Positions 11,230 through 25,038 of a DNA stretch of 64,000 nt are shown in pieces. The position numbers were made by a program, and so were the translations under genes. Each line of letters opens with the position of its first letter. Position 1 is the first letter of the stretch. The stretch lies in the NCBI RefSeq assembly GCF_009914755.1, contig NC_060947.1, one strand, 5' to 3'. This stretch comes from the human T2T-CHM13v2.0 reference genome, Homo sapiens. Below the pieces are notes generated by a model. The model was not told the origin of the DNA. It saw only the letters and a list, made by a program, of their open reading frames with translations, and searched no databases.

Positions 11230-12900
11230 CTGTGTTCATGCTCAGAGGAGTCTGGTCCGACTCTCTGGGTCTGAAAGAATTCCTAAGGGGAGTCTCCATA
11301 CTGCCTCATGGGGTTTCCTCTGGGGATTCAGTTGAGTATCTTCAATCCCATTGTGGTGAGCCAGGAGAACTGTTAAACAGCTTTCAAATTTCACCTTTGC
11401 AGTAATAATGGCTAGTTTGGTTCTCTGTGTGTGTGTCTTTGTGAATATAAGTTTGTTTTCTTTCCCAAGATAAATATCTTTTTGCATAGACAAATAAGGG
11501 CTGGTAAGATAGAAAGAGCTGATTTAGGGAAAGATTCTGTAGTTTGCTTGCTTATCAGGTGCTTATGGGGTTTAAATGCATCAAGGTCCCAAACCTAAAG
11601 GTTAATGTTTTGACACTGAAAATCCATCAGTCAGGGGTTGAGGACGAGAGGACAGTTTGCATTAATTATTAGTCTGGCTCTTAATTTGAATCAATGAAAA
11701 TGCCAGAATGACGGAGGTGTTTGGGCTGAATAATAATTAGCAAGGCTGACATGGGCCTAAACAAAGAGTTGCAGGAGAGGAGGACAGTGTCTGCTAGCAG
11801 GCCATGGGCTAAGAAGGCAAGGCTGGGGCTTCATTGGAAAGAAAAGCAAGAGTCTTGCCCAGAGACCCCTGGCCTTTTCCAGAGTCATCTGGAGAGGCTG
11901 AGAGGGGAAGAGGAGGCATGCAGGACAGGGCAGGGCAGGGCCAAGCTGCTGCTCTGCAAGTCTGGGCCATGGAAATTTGCAGTCTCTAGAGCATTCTTAG
12001 CATCACTGAGCTTTTGAATCTGCCTATTGTTACTCTTTTGGAAATGGGCCAACTTGTGTATGCTTTCTTGTATCTAAACACAGCCTTACTGTGGGACCAG
12101 GGATGTCCTCTTGGACCTTAAATATCAGCTGTCCCAAGGAACCCTTTTAATATGCAAGTGAGTGAAGTGAAGCTGAGAGACTGGGGAGGCCTTGGTCAAA
12201 GTCACACGGCTGGGAAGGACAGAGATAGTAGAACACCCAGGTCTTCTCACTCCCCCAACCCCAGTTGTCCTTTCGCCAGGCCCCAGTGTTTCGTAGCTTT
12301 GCATAAATTAATTATCCTAATGTATTTCTACCCTCTAACTGTGGGCAGGACACCAACCAGTTAGATATTTCCCTGGTAGGAAAGAGGAGAGGGCAATTTG
12401 GGATAGATGGATGTTGGTTGCTTGGGTGAGACAGGACTCACTAATAGCTGGAAGGAGTAGCTAGCTAATTCCCGGGATTTGCAAGAACCCAGGTGTTTTT
12501 GCTCTGAAAGCTTGTCTTAAATTCCACTAGGAAATATTATATTTGTAGTAAATATTTCTATCTTTCTATGGTCCTTTAAACTACATAAATGCCCCAGAAG
12601 GAGACAGTATGAAAGTAATTCATTTACATCTTAGCATGAATTAACACAATCAACCCCTCTACTCCTTTAACAGATAGATATTGAGCACCTTCTTTTCTCC
12701 AGACTCTGGGACTCCAAAGTGAAGTCTGTGCCTTGAAAAGCTCATGATCTCTTAGGGGAGGCAGACATACGATGGCAATACCAGAAATGGCCTTTGTTGA
12801 GCATCTTCTCTGCTTTGGGCACTGGATTTAAAAAAATAAAAATCAGTTCTAACTAACTCTCCCTCTTCATGGTATTATCTCCAGGTAGATAATTCAGTAC

Positions 12901-13261
12901 TGCAATAGACTGAATATCTGTGTCCCCATGAAATTCACATGTTGAAATCCAACCCCCAAGGTAATTGCATTTAAGAGGTGGGGCCTTTAGGAGATGATTG
13001 GATCATGAGAACAGAACCCTCATGAATGGAAGTGTGCCCTTATAAAAGAGGCTAAGAGAGCTTCCTCATCCCTTCCACCATGTGAAGACACAGTGAGAAG
13101 ACACCATCTATGAACCAGGAAGCGAGCCCTCACCAGACACACCTGCCACTGCCCTGATCTAGGACTTCCCAGAGTCTAGAACTCTGAGAAATCATTTTTT
13201 GTTGTTTGTAAGCCATCCAGTCTATGGAACTTTATTATAGCAGCCCAATCAACCTAAGACA
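12901..13261 (+). mobile_element. MaLR solo LTR, MLT1A/B-like, inserted in an antisense MIR (~12790-12900 and ~13262-13360)
   Basis: gactgaatatctgtgtcccc...aattcacatgttgaaatcc...gaggtggggccttta...gccctcaccagacac...ttatagcagccc...ctaagaca; MIR resumes with ccaaggccacatagctagtgag. Confidence 0.9.
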
Positions 13262-13766
13262 AACATCTTCCCAAGGCCACATAGCTAGTGAGTTGCTAGA
13301 ATTCGGAGCCAGACCTGTCTGATTCCCAAGCCTGAGTGTTTTCTACCACTTCACACAGTGGCTCAAAGCCTAACTAAGATTTGCACCAGCTGTGATGGAA
13401 GGGGAGTTTCTGGAAAGAGCAAGTCCAGTTGCTTGAACTTCAAAGCCACTGGACAGGTAAGGGTAAGAAGACAGAGAGAGGGCATCTGGCATTTTGGGGA
13501 AAGAATATTATAGACAGAGGGGAAAGCCTGGGCAAAGGCATAGAAGGAGGAAAGCAAGCTTTGTTTTCAGGAAACTACAAGTAGTTCCTCATGACTGAAG
13601 CCAAGAGCATAAGTTTAATCTGCCCAGAAAACTAAGTTAGGCAGGCAGGCAGGAACCAGCTCTCCCAGGGTAGTACTAACAAAAATCTAGGTTTTTATCC
13701 TGAGACTGGGGGAAGTCTTTGGCAAATATTAAATGGAAGAGTGCTTAAAAGATATAGCTTTTAAAG

Positions 13767-13992
13767 AAAAAACAGACACTGGGGTGTACTTGATGGGGGA
13801 GGGTGGGAGGAGGGAGAGGAGCAGAAAAGATAACTATTGGGTACTGAGATTAATACCTGGGTGATGTAATAATATGTACAACAAACCCCCATCCATGATC
13901 TGTGTTTATCTATGTAACAGCCTTCACATGTACCCCAAGACTAAAATAAATGTTTTTAATAATTCGAAAAATTAAAATATATATATAGAGAG
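13767..13992 (+). mobile_element. Short 5'-truncated L1PA (approximately L1PA12-15 type) 3' UTR fragment
   Basis: gagggtgggaggagggagaggagcagaaaagataactattgggtact...aatacctgggtgatg...cacatgtacccc...aataaa; probable TSD AGCTTT(T)AAAG at 13756-13766 and 13993-14002. Confidence 0.88.
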
Positions 13993-14137
13993 AGCTTTAA
14001 AGTCCAGGATTTCCAGAGCCCAATGCTTAAGAATGTAGGTCTTGGTATCAAATCTGGGGTCTCTCCTGCTTCACAACTATAGAAGGAGTTATTTGTTCTC
14101 TTTCCCACTGGAATCTAAGCTCTCTGAGGTCAGTGAC

Positions 14138-14534
14138 TGATATGGTTTGCATCTGTGTCCCCACCCAAATCTCACGTGCAATTGTAATCCCCAGTGTTGG
14201 AAGTGGGTCCTGGTGGGAGGTGATTGGATCATGGGGGCAGTTTCTAAGTTTAGCACCATCCTCCTTGTGCTGTTCTCATGATAGAGTTCTCACAAGATTT
14301 GGTTGTTTAAAAGTTTATAGCACCTTCCCATTCTCTCTCTCTTCCTCCTGCTCCAGCCATGTAAAATGTGCCTGCTTCCCTTTTGCCTTCTGCCATGATT
14401 ATAAGTTTCCTGAGGCCTTCCCAGCCATGCTTCCAGTACAGCCTGTGGAACCGTGAGACAACTAAACCTCTTTTCTTTATAAATTACCCAGTCTCGGGTA
14501 TTTCTTTATAGCAGTGCAGGAACAGACTAACACA
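14138..14534 (+). mobile_element. MaLR solo LTR, MSTA
   Basis: tgatatggtttg...ccacccaaatctca...ctcttttctttataaattacccagtctc...gactaacaca; perfect 5-bp TSD GTGAC (14133-14137 and 14535-14539). Confidence 0.95.
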
Positions 14535-14602
14535 GTGACCATGTCTTATTGATCACTGCTGTAACCATGGGATCTGGAAGTCTCTGGCACATAGTATATA
14601 CT

Positions 14603-15074
14603 TGTGGAAGACTTTTTGTTGCTCCTTCAAATCCATTCCTCTTTTCCTTCTGGACACACCAACCCTCCACATAGAGATAACATTTTCAGCCTCCTTTGCA
14701 GCTAGATGTGGCCATGCAATTAAGCTTTCACCAATAGAGTGAAAGTGGAAGATGTGTGTGCAACTTTGCCTCACGTGCTTTAAAAATTGCTTGCCCTGAA
14801 GTTCCTCTATTACCTTTCCACAAGCTAGAACACAAATGAGCCCATGGCCTGGCTTTGACCTTACTGATAACAGCAACACTCTAACAGATAGGAGAGCACA
14901 AAAATGAAGGATCTTGGATTCCTGAAGAACCACATGGAGCCAAGCTGCCCTGCAAACCAGGACCACTAACCTTAGAATTATTATATGAGAGACAAATGAA
15001 TTTCTCTGTTTTGTAAGCCTCTGCACTAGGGGATCTTTTGTTACAGTGGCTTAGCCTTTATCCTAACTAATACA
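14603..15074 (+). mobile_element. MaLR solo LTR, MLT1J-like
   Basis: cagcctcctttgcagctagatgtggccatg...tgagagacaaatgaatttctctg...ttgttacag...cctaactaataca; degraded TSD ATACT/ATGCT. Confidence 0.85.
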
Positions 15075-16320
15075 ATGCTCAGTAAATATTTGTTAAATGA
15101 ATGAAGTGTATGTTTCTGCAAATGCTGTCAGAATCTCATTTTATCTCTCTGACAAGACTGCACCTTTAGTGCAGGGACCCTATCTTTGTTTACTGTCCCC
15201 AAAGCACCCAGATTGGTGACAGGATCTTGTTGAATTGAATTAAATAGAAGAAACTTAATTCTGACTAGATGAGTCTCCCTAAACCAGCCATTTTAGTAGT
15301 CTACTTTGCCAGAAGGGGAGAAAGACTGTCTCCCTAGACTGGTAATAGTTAAAGAGTTTAGGAAGTGTTTGACGGTCTTCGGATGAGAAGGAGAAGCACA
15401 AAGTGGAGACACCAGGACTAAGGTTAAAAACCTCATGGATGAGTCGAGAAAAGTTACAGAATTACAGCTGGCAGAGCTCAAGCATTTGCACAGCAATGAA
15501 AAGTCACAGGGGAGAAAGGGAATCCTCTCTATGGAGAGAAGCACGCTGGCAGTGGAAGTGCATCAGATTTAACAACATTGCCACACACACACACACAAAA
15601 TCCTGTACTGCTGAGAACTCGTTAGTTACATCGGATGTGACATATGGGGGGGTAATATAGTCTGGAGCCTAGATTTCTTTAATTAACCAATAGCAATCAG
15701 GAGTGAGGGCAATTCCAGGGGAATGGTAATTGTCTGGAAGTTCTGGATGCCTGCAGGCTGAGCCGCAGGCCAAAAACCCAGCCAGCTCTGTCCCCGGGAA
15801 GCACGCTGAGCCAAGGTCACAACTGCCATTTTAAACAGGGTCTTTTTTCAAAAACGTTTAGATCACAGCTGATTGTTGTGGGTGAGGATTTCCTCTGTGA
15901 TACATACAACCTTGGGAGACTGTGTGTGCTGTTTGGGGCATCCCAAAGTACCACAGTAGTGAACATACAACCTGTTGGGGCTCTAGGGACCAAATTGTTC
16001 AGTCGCTGGGTGATCAGTGACTGGGAGAGGTCAAGTTGATTCAGAATTCTTTCATTTAACAAGTAGTTACTGTATAACTAGTACTGTAAGTCCTCACTTA
16101 ATGTTGTCAATAGAGTCTTGGAAATTGACTTTAAGTGAAAGGACATACAGCAGGTCCTTGAATAAGCTCAATGTTATTTTTAGTAACGTTGATAAGAAAA
16201 AATAATTGGTTTCATTATACATCGTTTCACTTATATATATCAGGTTGGAGGCCGGGGCTAGATATTTAGGAAGCATTTTTAAATATTAGAAAAGAAATGC
16301 AAAAAACAAAACAAAAAAAA

Positions 16321-16623
16321 GGCCCAGTGCAGTGGCTCACACCTGTAATTATCACGCTTTGGGAGGTCGAGGAGGGCAGTTGGCTTGAGCCCAAGTGTTT
16401 GAGACCAGCCTGGGCAACATGGTGAAACCCTGTCTCTACAAAAAAAAAAAAAAAATTACTCAGGCAAGGTAAGGTGCTCCTGTAATCTCAGCTAACTGAG
16501 AGGCTGAGGTGAGAAGATCACCTAAGCCCAAGAGGTCGAGGCTGCAGTGAGCCAAGACTGCACCACTGCACTCCAACCTGGCCAGTGGAGTGAGACCTTG
16601 TCTCAAAAAAAAAAAAAAGAAAG
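16321..16623 (+). mobile_element. Alu (AluJ-type)
   Basis: dimeric Alu with J diagnostics (gcttgagccca, gaggtcgaggctgcagtgag, gaccttgtctc); AAAGAAATGCAAA repeated at 16291-16303 and 16624-16636. Confidence 0.96.
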
Positions 16624-16792
16624 AAAGAAATGCAAATTTTTAATGTGGTGATAGCATCCACTATGATTGTAAACTCCTTGTGGGTATCTCATGCTCTGCA
16701 GGAACTAGGGGTTCAGTAAATGTCAGATTGAACTTAAGTTCATAGAGTAATGCCAACTAGACCACCAATGGGTTGCTTTAAAAAGTATTTTG

Positions 16793-17094
16793 ATTGCAGG
16801 GAGAGGTGGCTCACACCTGTAATCCCAGCACTTTGGGAGGTCGAGGTGGGTGGATCACTTGAGGTCAGGAGTTCAAGACCAGCCTGGCCAACGTGGTGAC
16901 ACCCCGTCTCTACTAAAAATTCAAAAATTAGCTGGACATGATGGTGCACGCCTATAGTCCCAGCTACTCAGGAAGCCGAGGCAGGAGAATTGTTTGAACC
17001 CAGGAGGCAGAGGTTACAGTAAGCCGATATCATGCCACTGCACTCCAGCCTGGGTGACAGAGTGAGACTCTGTCTCAAAAAAATAAAAATAAAA
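16793..17094 (+). mobile_element. Alu (AluS-type, Sx/Sz-like)
   Basis: ggatcacttgaggtcaggagttcaagaccagcctggccaac; full dimer with A tail. Confidence 0.96.
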
Positions 17095-17574
17095 ATATTT
17101 TTATATCAGCTTTAATAAACTGATAAGAATGTCACATGAATTTTGGGACCGTAAACTGGTGCTTCTAAAGTGATAGAAGTTTTCTCCCCTCTCTTTAAAG
17201 TTGTTGACATGTCTCCCTTACAATCTTGCTTATATTCTCCATCTGCCCGGTGAGCTCTTTGCCCTGATAATGCAAAAGTAAACAAACCCCAAAGGGGCCC
17301 TCTCTGGATCATCACAAATTCCAAATAAGAACAGTCTGAATTAATGAGTTTTTTAAATTTACTTTTCTAAGTGGAGTTGAAAGATAAACAACTCTCATTT
17401 GTCCGGGCCACAGGACAGTGAGTGTGGAACATTCCCAGGCTTCAGTCAGGATACTTAACATCACTGAGGAGTTAAGCCCCTAGAGAGGAAAAATATTATG
17501 TGGTTCTGGATCCCTGAACTTCTAAAGAGAGCCTCAAATATTAACTTGAACTTGGAAGGAGGTCGAACCTTTGT

Positions 17575-18008
17575 TCCTGTTCTAGGCTGTGCCCTCTGGA
17601 AGCAGAGATGACGTTTGTGATATAAGATGGCTGTTAGAAGTCCACACCTGTGAAAGGGAGGGAGAGGAAGCAGGAGTGAGCAGAGGTCAGCAAGGAGTGG
17701 GACTCAAGCTGCCCTGCACACCTGGTTAAGATTTAGCCAACCCAGTGAAGTGCTGTGGACAAAGTTCGCCTCTAGAAAGTCTCATGTCGGGTAGAGAAAT
17801 GGCTAGACCTTTATACTCCTCCACTGCTCAGTGGGGGACGTGGACTACCCAAGGGAAAGGCATGACCTAGGGCCAGACAGCTCCCAGCAGCTGAGATGCT
17901 CCCCAGAAGGAACTGACCGCTGGAGGCTGCCTGCTGACCATGTTCCTCGCAACAGGGCAGGGAAGCCCTCCTTGAAGGGGAAGCTGGGAAGTGCATCTGT
18001 CTATCACA
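17575..18008 (-). mobile_element. ERVL solo LTR, LTR16-like
   Basis: cctctggaagcagagatg...cacctgtgaaagggagggagagg...cctttatactcctccactgctcagt...gggcatgacct...gaagggaagctggg. Confidence 0.65.
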
Positions 18009-18444
18009 GGCCCAGGGGCCTAAGTGCTTCTAAGTGCTGCCCAGGGCTTGCTGACTACTCCAAGCCTCCTAGCTGGACACACTGAGGCATCCACTGAGCA
18101 CCAGGCAGAACTACATAGAAATTGTTTTTCTTCCCCACATGGCCCCTTCTTCCCTCCATCCTTTATCAGACCCTGTTTCTTTCTCCACCTTTCCTTTAGG
18201 AAATAATACTCATTTAAAAAAACTATAAAACACCAACTCACTGCTCCAGGCATTGAGGCTAAGCAGGGATAAACATGAACTAGTCCCTGCTCTCAAAGAG
18301 CTTATAGTCTAGAGGAGAAAATGATATTGAACCCACAAAAATTAATTGCTTAATTGCAGGTTAAATAAGTATATGAAAGAGGCTCATGCAATGCTATAAG
18401 TGCACTGTCTATTAACCTGTTAAAGAGACTAATGATGGGTATGA

Positions 18445-18675
18445 CTTATGGGGTGTTTGTTATATTCCAAGCACTGTTCTAAGAAAACTGTCTATGCTAA
18501 CATCTATTTCTCTCAGGAAGCTCAATAGGTTGGTTTTATTCCCACCCCATGTTGAGGCTTAGAGAGAGTAAGTAACTTGCTCACTATTGCTCAGGTAGTA
18601 AGTGGTGGAGGAGGCTTTGAACTGACATAGTCTAGCTTCAGAATCCATTGTCTTAACCTGTATGCTGCACTGTCT
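18445..18675 (-). mobile_element. MIR SINE
   Basis: gttgaggcttagagagagtaagtaacttgctc...gctcaggtagtaagtggtggag. Confidence 0.65.
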
Positions 18676-18885
18676 CTCCCAATTATTTGATACAGACAAC
18701 AACCTATTGGGACCTCATGGAATAGACAGCAAGAGGAGAGGTTGGTGAGCACACAGAAGTGCTGGGGAAGACCCCAAGGAGGAGAGGGGCTTGGAAAAAC
18801 AAACAGATGGGCAGGAAGAGAAAAGGGACACTTCAGGCAAGAAAACATCATGAGCAAGTCTTAGAAGAAATATTGGCAAGACTTG

Positions 18886-19647
<762 letters not shown>

Positions 19648-19707
19648 GTAGGACACTTTCTGGGGATAGTGCGGAAAGTAGCTCTGCTAGAGAGGGGAGA
19701 ATGGACT

Positions 19708-20154
19708 TTATGATAGGCTGAATAATTGCTTCCAAAGATATTCACATTCTAATCCCCAGAACCTGTGAATACGTTACATTACAGGGCAAAAGAGACTTTG
19801 CAGATGTGATTAATTTAAGGACCTTGAGTTGGAGAGATCATTTTGGATTATCTGGGTAGATTGGATGTAATCACAAGGGTGCTTACAAGAGGAGATAGAA
19901 GATCAGAGTCTGTAGCAGGAGGTGTGATGACAGAAGCAAGAGGTTGGAGTGATATGAGGAAGTTAGAAAAGGCAAGGATATGGGTTCACCCCTCAGAGCC
20001 TCCAGAAGGAACCAGCCTTCCTGGTACCTTAACTTAAGCCTTGTGAGACTGATTTTAGACATCTGGCCTCCAGAACTGTAAGAGAGCAAATATGTGTTGT
20101 TTTAAGTCACCAAGTTTGTGGTAAGTTGTTACAGCAGCAACAAGAAATGAATAC
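19708..20154 (+). mobile_element. MaLR solo LTR, MLT1C/D-like
   Basis: ctaatccccagaacctgtgaata...gactttgcagatgtgattaa...gagcctccagaaggaacc...gtttgtggtaagttgttacagcagcaacaagaaatgaataca. Confidence 0.9.
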
Positions 20155-21524
20155 AGGCCTCTTCCATCAAGTTACTGCATGCCGTATGGTAAGAAGTTTA
20201 TCTCTGCCATTGGCATCTTGTGTTTGTGCAGTACTTAAATTTAGAAAAAAATTTCCCTGTGGCACAACATCAATGCTTCGGGGTAGGGAAAGAAGGTTTT
20301 GCCTCTGTTTTTCCCAGAGAACCAAGGCTCAGAGAAGCCAAAGGGTTTTTCCTGGGCTGCTTAGAACCTTGGCAGAGGAAACAACCTCTTTAGCTAGAAC
20401 CCTTCTGCCCTGCTCTTGGCAGTGCACGGCCTGCATGCTGTGGACCTTCTAACTCAGAAGCAAGTCTTTAGCCTCCTGATGCCACCACTCCAGCTGCAGC
20501 TCTGCCTGGGACTGGGAAGACCCTCAAGGGACTGAGGCCCCATCCTTTGGAATCATAGACCTGGTGTAGGCAGCCATGCTAGAACCCCTCTCAGGGGCGA
20601 TCTTAGACTGAACAATTCTCTGTGCCCACCCGCCCTTGACCTCCATTTGTTGACCTTCTTGATCCATCAGACTGCAAAAAGAAACTTTTCATGAGTGCAC
20701 AGTATCACAGGAAAGGCTTCCCAAATTTTGATCTCCTTCATCTCTCCCAGAGTAGTGGCAGAAGAGATAGAGCTGCTACTAGTCAGCCAAGTGATCTTGG
20801 GAAAGCCTCATTACATCTCTGAGGCTCAATTTCCTGGTGAGATAATCATTTCTGGTTCACCTTGCAAAAAAAGGGACAGTTAAGAGTCACTTCTGTAGGG
20901 TCAAATAAGCAAAAGCTCACCACAGAGTAATTTACCTGCCAGTTGTTAGAGTGCCTGAATTCCTACTATTAGATATTCAGATCTTTGTAGAGATGATCTT
21001 CTATTTTCAAGGGTTCCCCAACAAAATGAAATTACCCTGAGTGGTAGTTAGACCTCAAGTTGCGATAAGCTATCATTTTAACTCACGATTATTGTATTCT
21101 TTCTAACCTCGGCTGCTGCCTGAATTTAGAACATAAAAGGAAAAGAATCTCTTTGGTAGGAAGATGGGAAGAGGTTCTTTGTAAAGACAGGCAAGGAGAT
21201 ACCAAGCAAAGTCTTCATACTGCCTTGCAATTTTGTCCTGAGCTAGTCTTCAGACCAAGCTCTAAACTCAGACTAGTTGGCTCAGTGGCTTATATCTCTT
21301 GGCCAATCATCTATTCTTAGTGAGTGTTCCTTCCTAATGTAGCCTCATTGGAAACTCATCTGTAAATCCAAATGCCATTTTACACGAGTGTCTATGCATT
21401 TGAGGTGAAGGAAGTTTTGTGTAATAAAATCTCTCAATAAATCTGAGGCCCCCTTCCCCTGCATTTATGTACTGGAAAAGTCAAACTATAGAAGTAAGTG
21501 AAGTTTGGTTAGTATCATAGCTGG

Positions 21525-22090
21525 TGTCCTCAAGAAAACAGAGGCTGAGGCCAGCTTGCTGATGCTTTATGAGGCAAGTGACAGGACAGTAGGAGTGAAG
21601 GGAAAGAAGAAGTGAGGCAGGGAAAAAACGAAAATGAACACAAGGTGGTACATTTCACAAAATGCACAGCTGACCACTCAGTCATCATGGACTTCTTCAA
21701 AGAAGCTATGAAACCACTGCATTTGAAACCAGCCAATGAGAGTGAAGGGCCCTGATACCAGTCCCTTCCTACCACTTGTCTCTCTCTTGTCACAGCTCAC
21801 TCCAGAGTGGTGTTAATTCCCCCACATATCCCAGCTGTGTTCCTTACCTCTCCAGGAGCTTTTAGAGAAGCCAAGTCTTCATAATTTGAAACTAGTGCTG
21901 GAGACCCTGCAGTGGGTAAGAAGAAATCAGGCTGAAGCCCAGTGAAACTAGCGAAGTGGCACTTCCCAACTGCAGAAAGCAAAGCAGTGGCTGAAGCCGC
22001 TCTGACTAGACAGCACAAGTGACCGAGAAAGAGGGGTTGGGGTAGACGGGGCCCTGCAGAACTGGGATGGTGCTTAAACCTGGTCTGGAA
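21525..22090 (-). mobile_element. Degraded ERVL-type LTR (LTR33/41-related, uncertain)
   Basis: aaaacagaggctgagg...gctttat...gaagtgaggcagggaaaa...gtggtgttaattcccc; same architecture as the other ERVL LTRs here but more diverged. Confidence 0.4.
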
Positions 22091-22494
22091 TGATTATTGA
22101 GCACCAATTTAGAAAATCAGAAAAGAATAGTCATTAAAGATTCTCCTATCTAATCCCTATACAGCGTCAATGCCTAAAGCACCACCTTTCTTCCCCTTTT
22201 GATGCCCTAAACTATCTGATGATGCTGGAAAGTTCTAGAGTTTAACATCCAAATTACTTGCGCAGATGGTCTGTCATGTGTGGAAGTGACTCAACAATCC
22301 TTCACTGAACCACATTATCATAAGTATGAGTTTGAAGAAAATAGTCCCTTAGCCCCAGGGCAATGCATCCTTTAAGTTATCAAAGCATCGTTTGTAGACG
22401 GCCTTCATCCTCTCCTGGAATGTTAGCAGAGTGAGGCAAGCAAAGCTTGAATTAGCATGTCTGTGTTTCTGTTTGTGCTCTTGTTATCAAATAT

Positions 22495-22853
22495 ATTGTC
22501 ATGAGTACATGCCTGAGCCAAGAAGCTACAGGAAGAAAGATGTAAGGAGCATAGCCAACTCACCCTAGTTATCCCAAGCAAAGCCATTCTACATCATCTG
22601 ATAACCTCCCAAGCAGACCCTCAGACATATGATTGAGCCTAGCCAAGGTGAGCAGAACCATCTGGTTGCCCCACAGCTGACTGCAGCCACATGAGCAAAC
22701 CCAGCTGAGACCTGCTGAGTCCTGCCCAGAGTGGCCCAGAGTGGCTGAAACTTACAGACCTGGAAATGAAATAAATGTTTATTATTATATGCCACTGAGA
22801 TTTTAAGGAGGTTTTTGTTACGCAGTATTATTGTGGCAATAGCTGGCAGATAT
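22495..22853 (+). mobile_element. MaLR LTR 3' part, MLT1H/I-like
   Basis: gagcctagccaaggtgagcagaacc...aataaatgtttattattatatgccactgagatttt...gttacgcagtattattgtggcaatagct. Confidence 0.8.
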
Positions 22854-23119
22854 AACTCCATCCATCCCAAGTTGAAGTCTCTCTCTCTGTGAATTTCCAT
22901 TGGCTGTCTCTGTATCAGATTTTCTCACTATCCTAATTCTTTCATATTCACAAGTGTCACCTCCCAGACCTAACTGGTGGACTCTTGATTGTTTAAGTTT
23001 ACATTTCTGTTTCCTTACAGATTATTTAACAGCCACACTGAGCATCTAGTAGACCTTCAAAATGTTGATGTGATTTCTAAGCCCACATGGATTTCCAATG
23101 CTACCACTATTTGCTTTTC

Positions 23120-23290
23120 ATAGTTTTACAATGTGAGAACTAGAAAAGAACTCAGAGCAAGTCCCTCCTTTTACAGATGAGAAAGCTGAGGCTTGGAGAA
23201 ATTAAATTACTTTCCCACAGCCACATAGCTGGCTGGAAGCACAGCTAGACATACTGGCCAGGTTTCTTGGTTGGGATTCCAGTGTTCCTT
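23120..23290 (-). mobile_element. MIR SINE
   Basis: ttttacagatgagaaagctgaggcttggaga...ccacatagct. Confidence 0.75.
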
Positions 23291-25038
23291 CCCCCAGAAG
23301 TGAAGCCCTAATCAATCAGTTTCCTTAATTGACTGGCAGAGGCTGCCTGGCACCAGTGTGATGAGAAGGATTCTGAGGCTCAATCTGGACATAGTAGGAG
23401 ACAGTCCCATGATCAATGAGCCAAATCTTCCAGAAGTAAGGAAGTAGACATCACTATCTCTGCCAAATCTGTTTATTGGTTAACCTGTTGGCTTATATTT
23501 ATGATAAAGATGCCATTTTGTTTATTTCACTTTCATCTAGCTCCTGGTTTGAAGTACACTTTGGAAACCTCCGAAGGCTCTGGTTCATTCCTTTCTGTGT
23601 GTGTCCAAGATAAGCAATCCCTTCCCCTTGCTGCAAGGCAGCATTTTAAAAACCCTTCTTCTAGTGTTACCTTTCGAGGTAGTGAACACACATAAATGAA
23701 GCCCCAAACCAAAGGAAGGTTTCAGATCTGAAAAAATCAATGTCAAAATCTGGCATTGTACACTGACATTGAAGCAATGGGGACATCATACACTGGAGGG
23801 ACAGGCTGTTGACTTTTCTGCCTTCCCTGAAAAGTTGGGTACTCCTTGCCTCAGTCAGTGTCATTCATCCCCAGGTTAAGAGGCAGGGACTGAATGCAGC
23901 ACAATCAGCCTTGAACTACATTTAAGGGAGCTGGTAATCAGGCCTGCTGAGGAGCCATGGGCCTCTGGTAGGGAAATCTCATGAAAGTAGGATGAAACAG
24001 GGGCTATATTTTTATTTCTTTCACCTAAGAAAATTGAAGAATCCTTTCCTAGTGTCCTTTTTTGCATGGATCTTAACTTAATGTCACTTCCTCAGGAAAA
24101 CCCTCCCCGATGGCCAAGATAGGGTCAGGAGCCCCATTGCTTGTCTTTTTTCCTTTGTGGCAAGGATATTTCATTGAATCTTAGATCCATCAATATAAGA
24201 CCTCCCAATATTTTATGTACCAAGCAGGGGAAAAAATGCCACCATTTAAATTATAACTCAATGCTTTCATGCCACTTAGAATTTTTATTGTATAGTTATT
24301 AAAAGAGTACTTTAAAATGTATTTATACAGATTTGTATGATATAGCACTCTTGTGCAAAGGAAAATATACTTGAAATTAACTGGTTGAGGTAATGAGGCT
24401 TAACTTTCTTCACATGTAGAATTCAAATATTTGGAACCACTTTGTGAGTTGGTGTTGAAGCTTGTGTGCTGCCACCCAGGCTTGGTCTTTTCACTATTGC
24501 CACCACACCATCCATCACCTCTCTTTCTACCCCAAACCACCAGGATATACAAATGAGTAACACCCTAGTAAAGAGACAGTCCACACACAAAAATCAATAC
24601 AATGCAAGAGCATATCTATGAAAACTATAGTAGAAGTATGCACTGCTCTGGATAAAAAAAGGGAGGAAATTTTTAATTTGATTGAAGATATCTGGAAAGT
24701 CTCGAGGGCGAGACATGGCATTCGAAGGAGGGGAGAACCTCCAAAGCTTGAGATGGAGGAGTGGCATTTCATGGGGGAGGGGAGGAATAGCATAAACCAA
24801 ATGTGGTGCTCTGTAAGTAATATATTCTCACAATAATGGTTGATTCCTTTTAGTTAGAAAATAAAATGAGCAATCTGAGTTTCATTCCATGGGGAAAAGG
24901 AAGTCACTGAAAGTTCTCCAGCAAGGGAATGTCTTGCTCAGCAACACCCTTTAAAAGGGTAACTTCTTGGGAGTGAATAGGGCAGCGTGATGTGAACCAA
25001 GAAGGGCAGCAAGGAAGCAATTAGGAGGGGCATTAAGG

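Larger units (their letters stand above)
14090..15105 (+). mobile_element. L2 3' end split into three pieces by the MSTA and MLT1J-like insertions
   Basis: cccactggaatctaagctctctgagg | ccatgtcttattgatcactgctgta...ctggcacatagta | atgctcagtaaatatttgttaaatgaatgaa. Confidence 0.8.

Noticed and set aside
13795-13820. G-quadruplex motif GGGGGAGGGTGGGAGGAGGG
   Set aside because: Standard G-rich tract of the L1 3' UTR; explained by the element.
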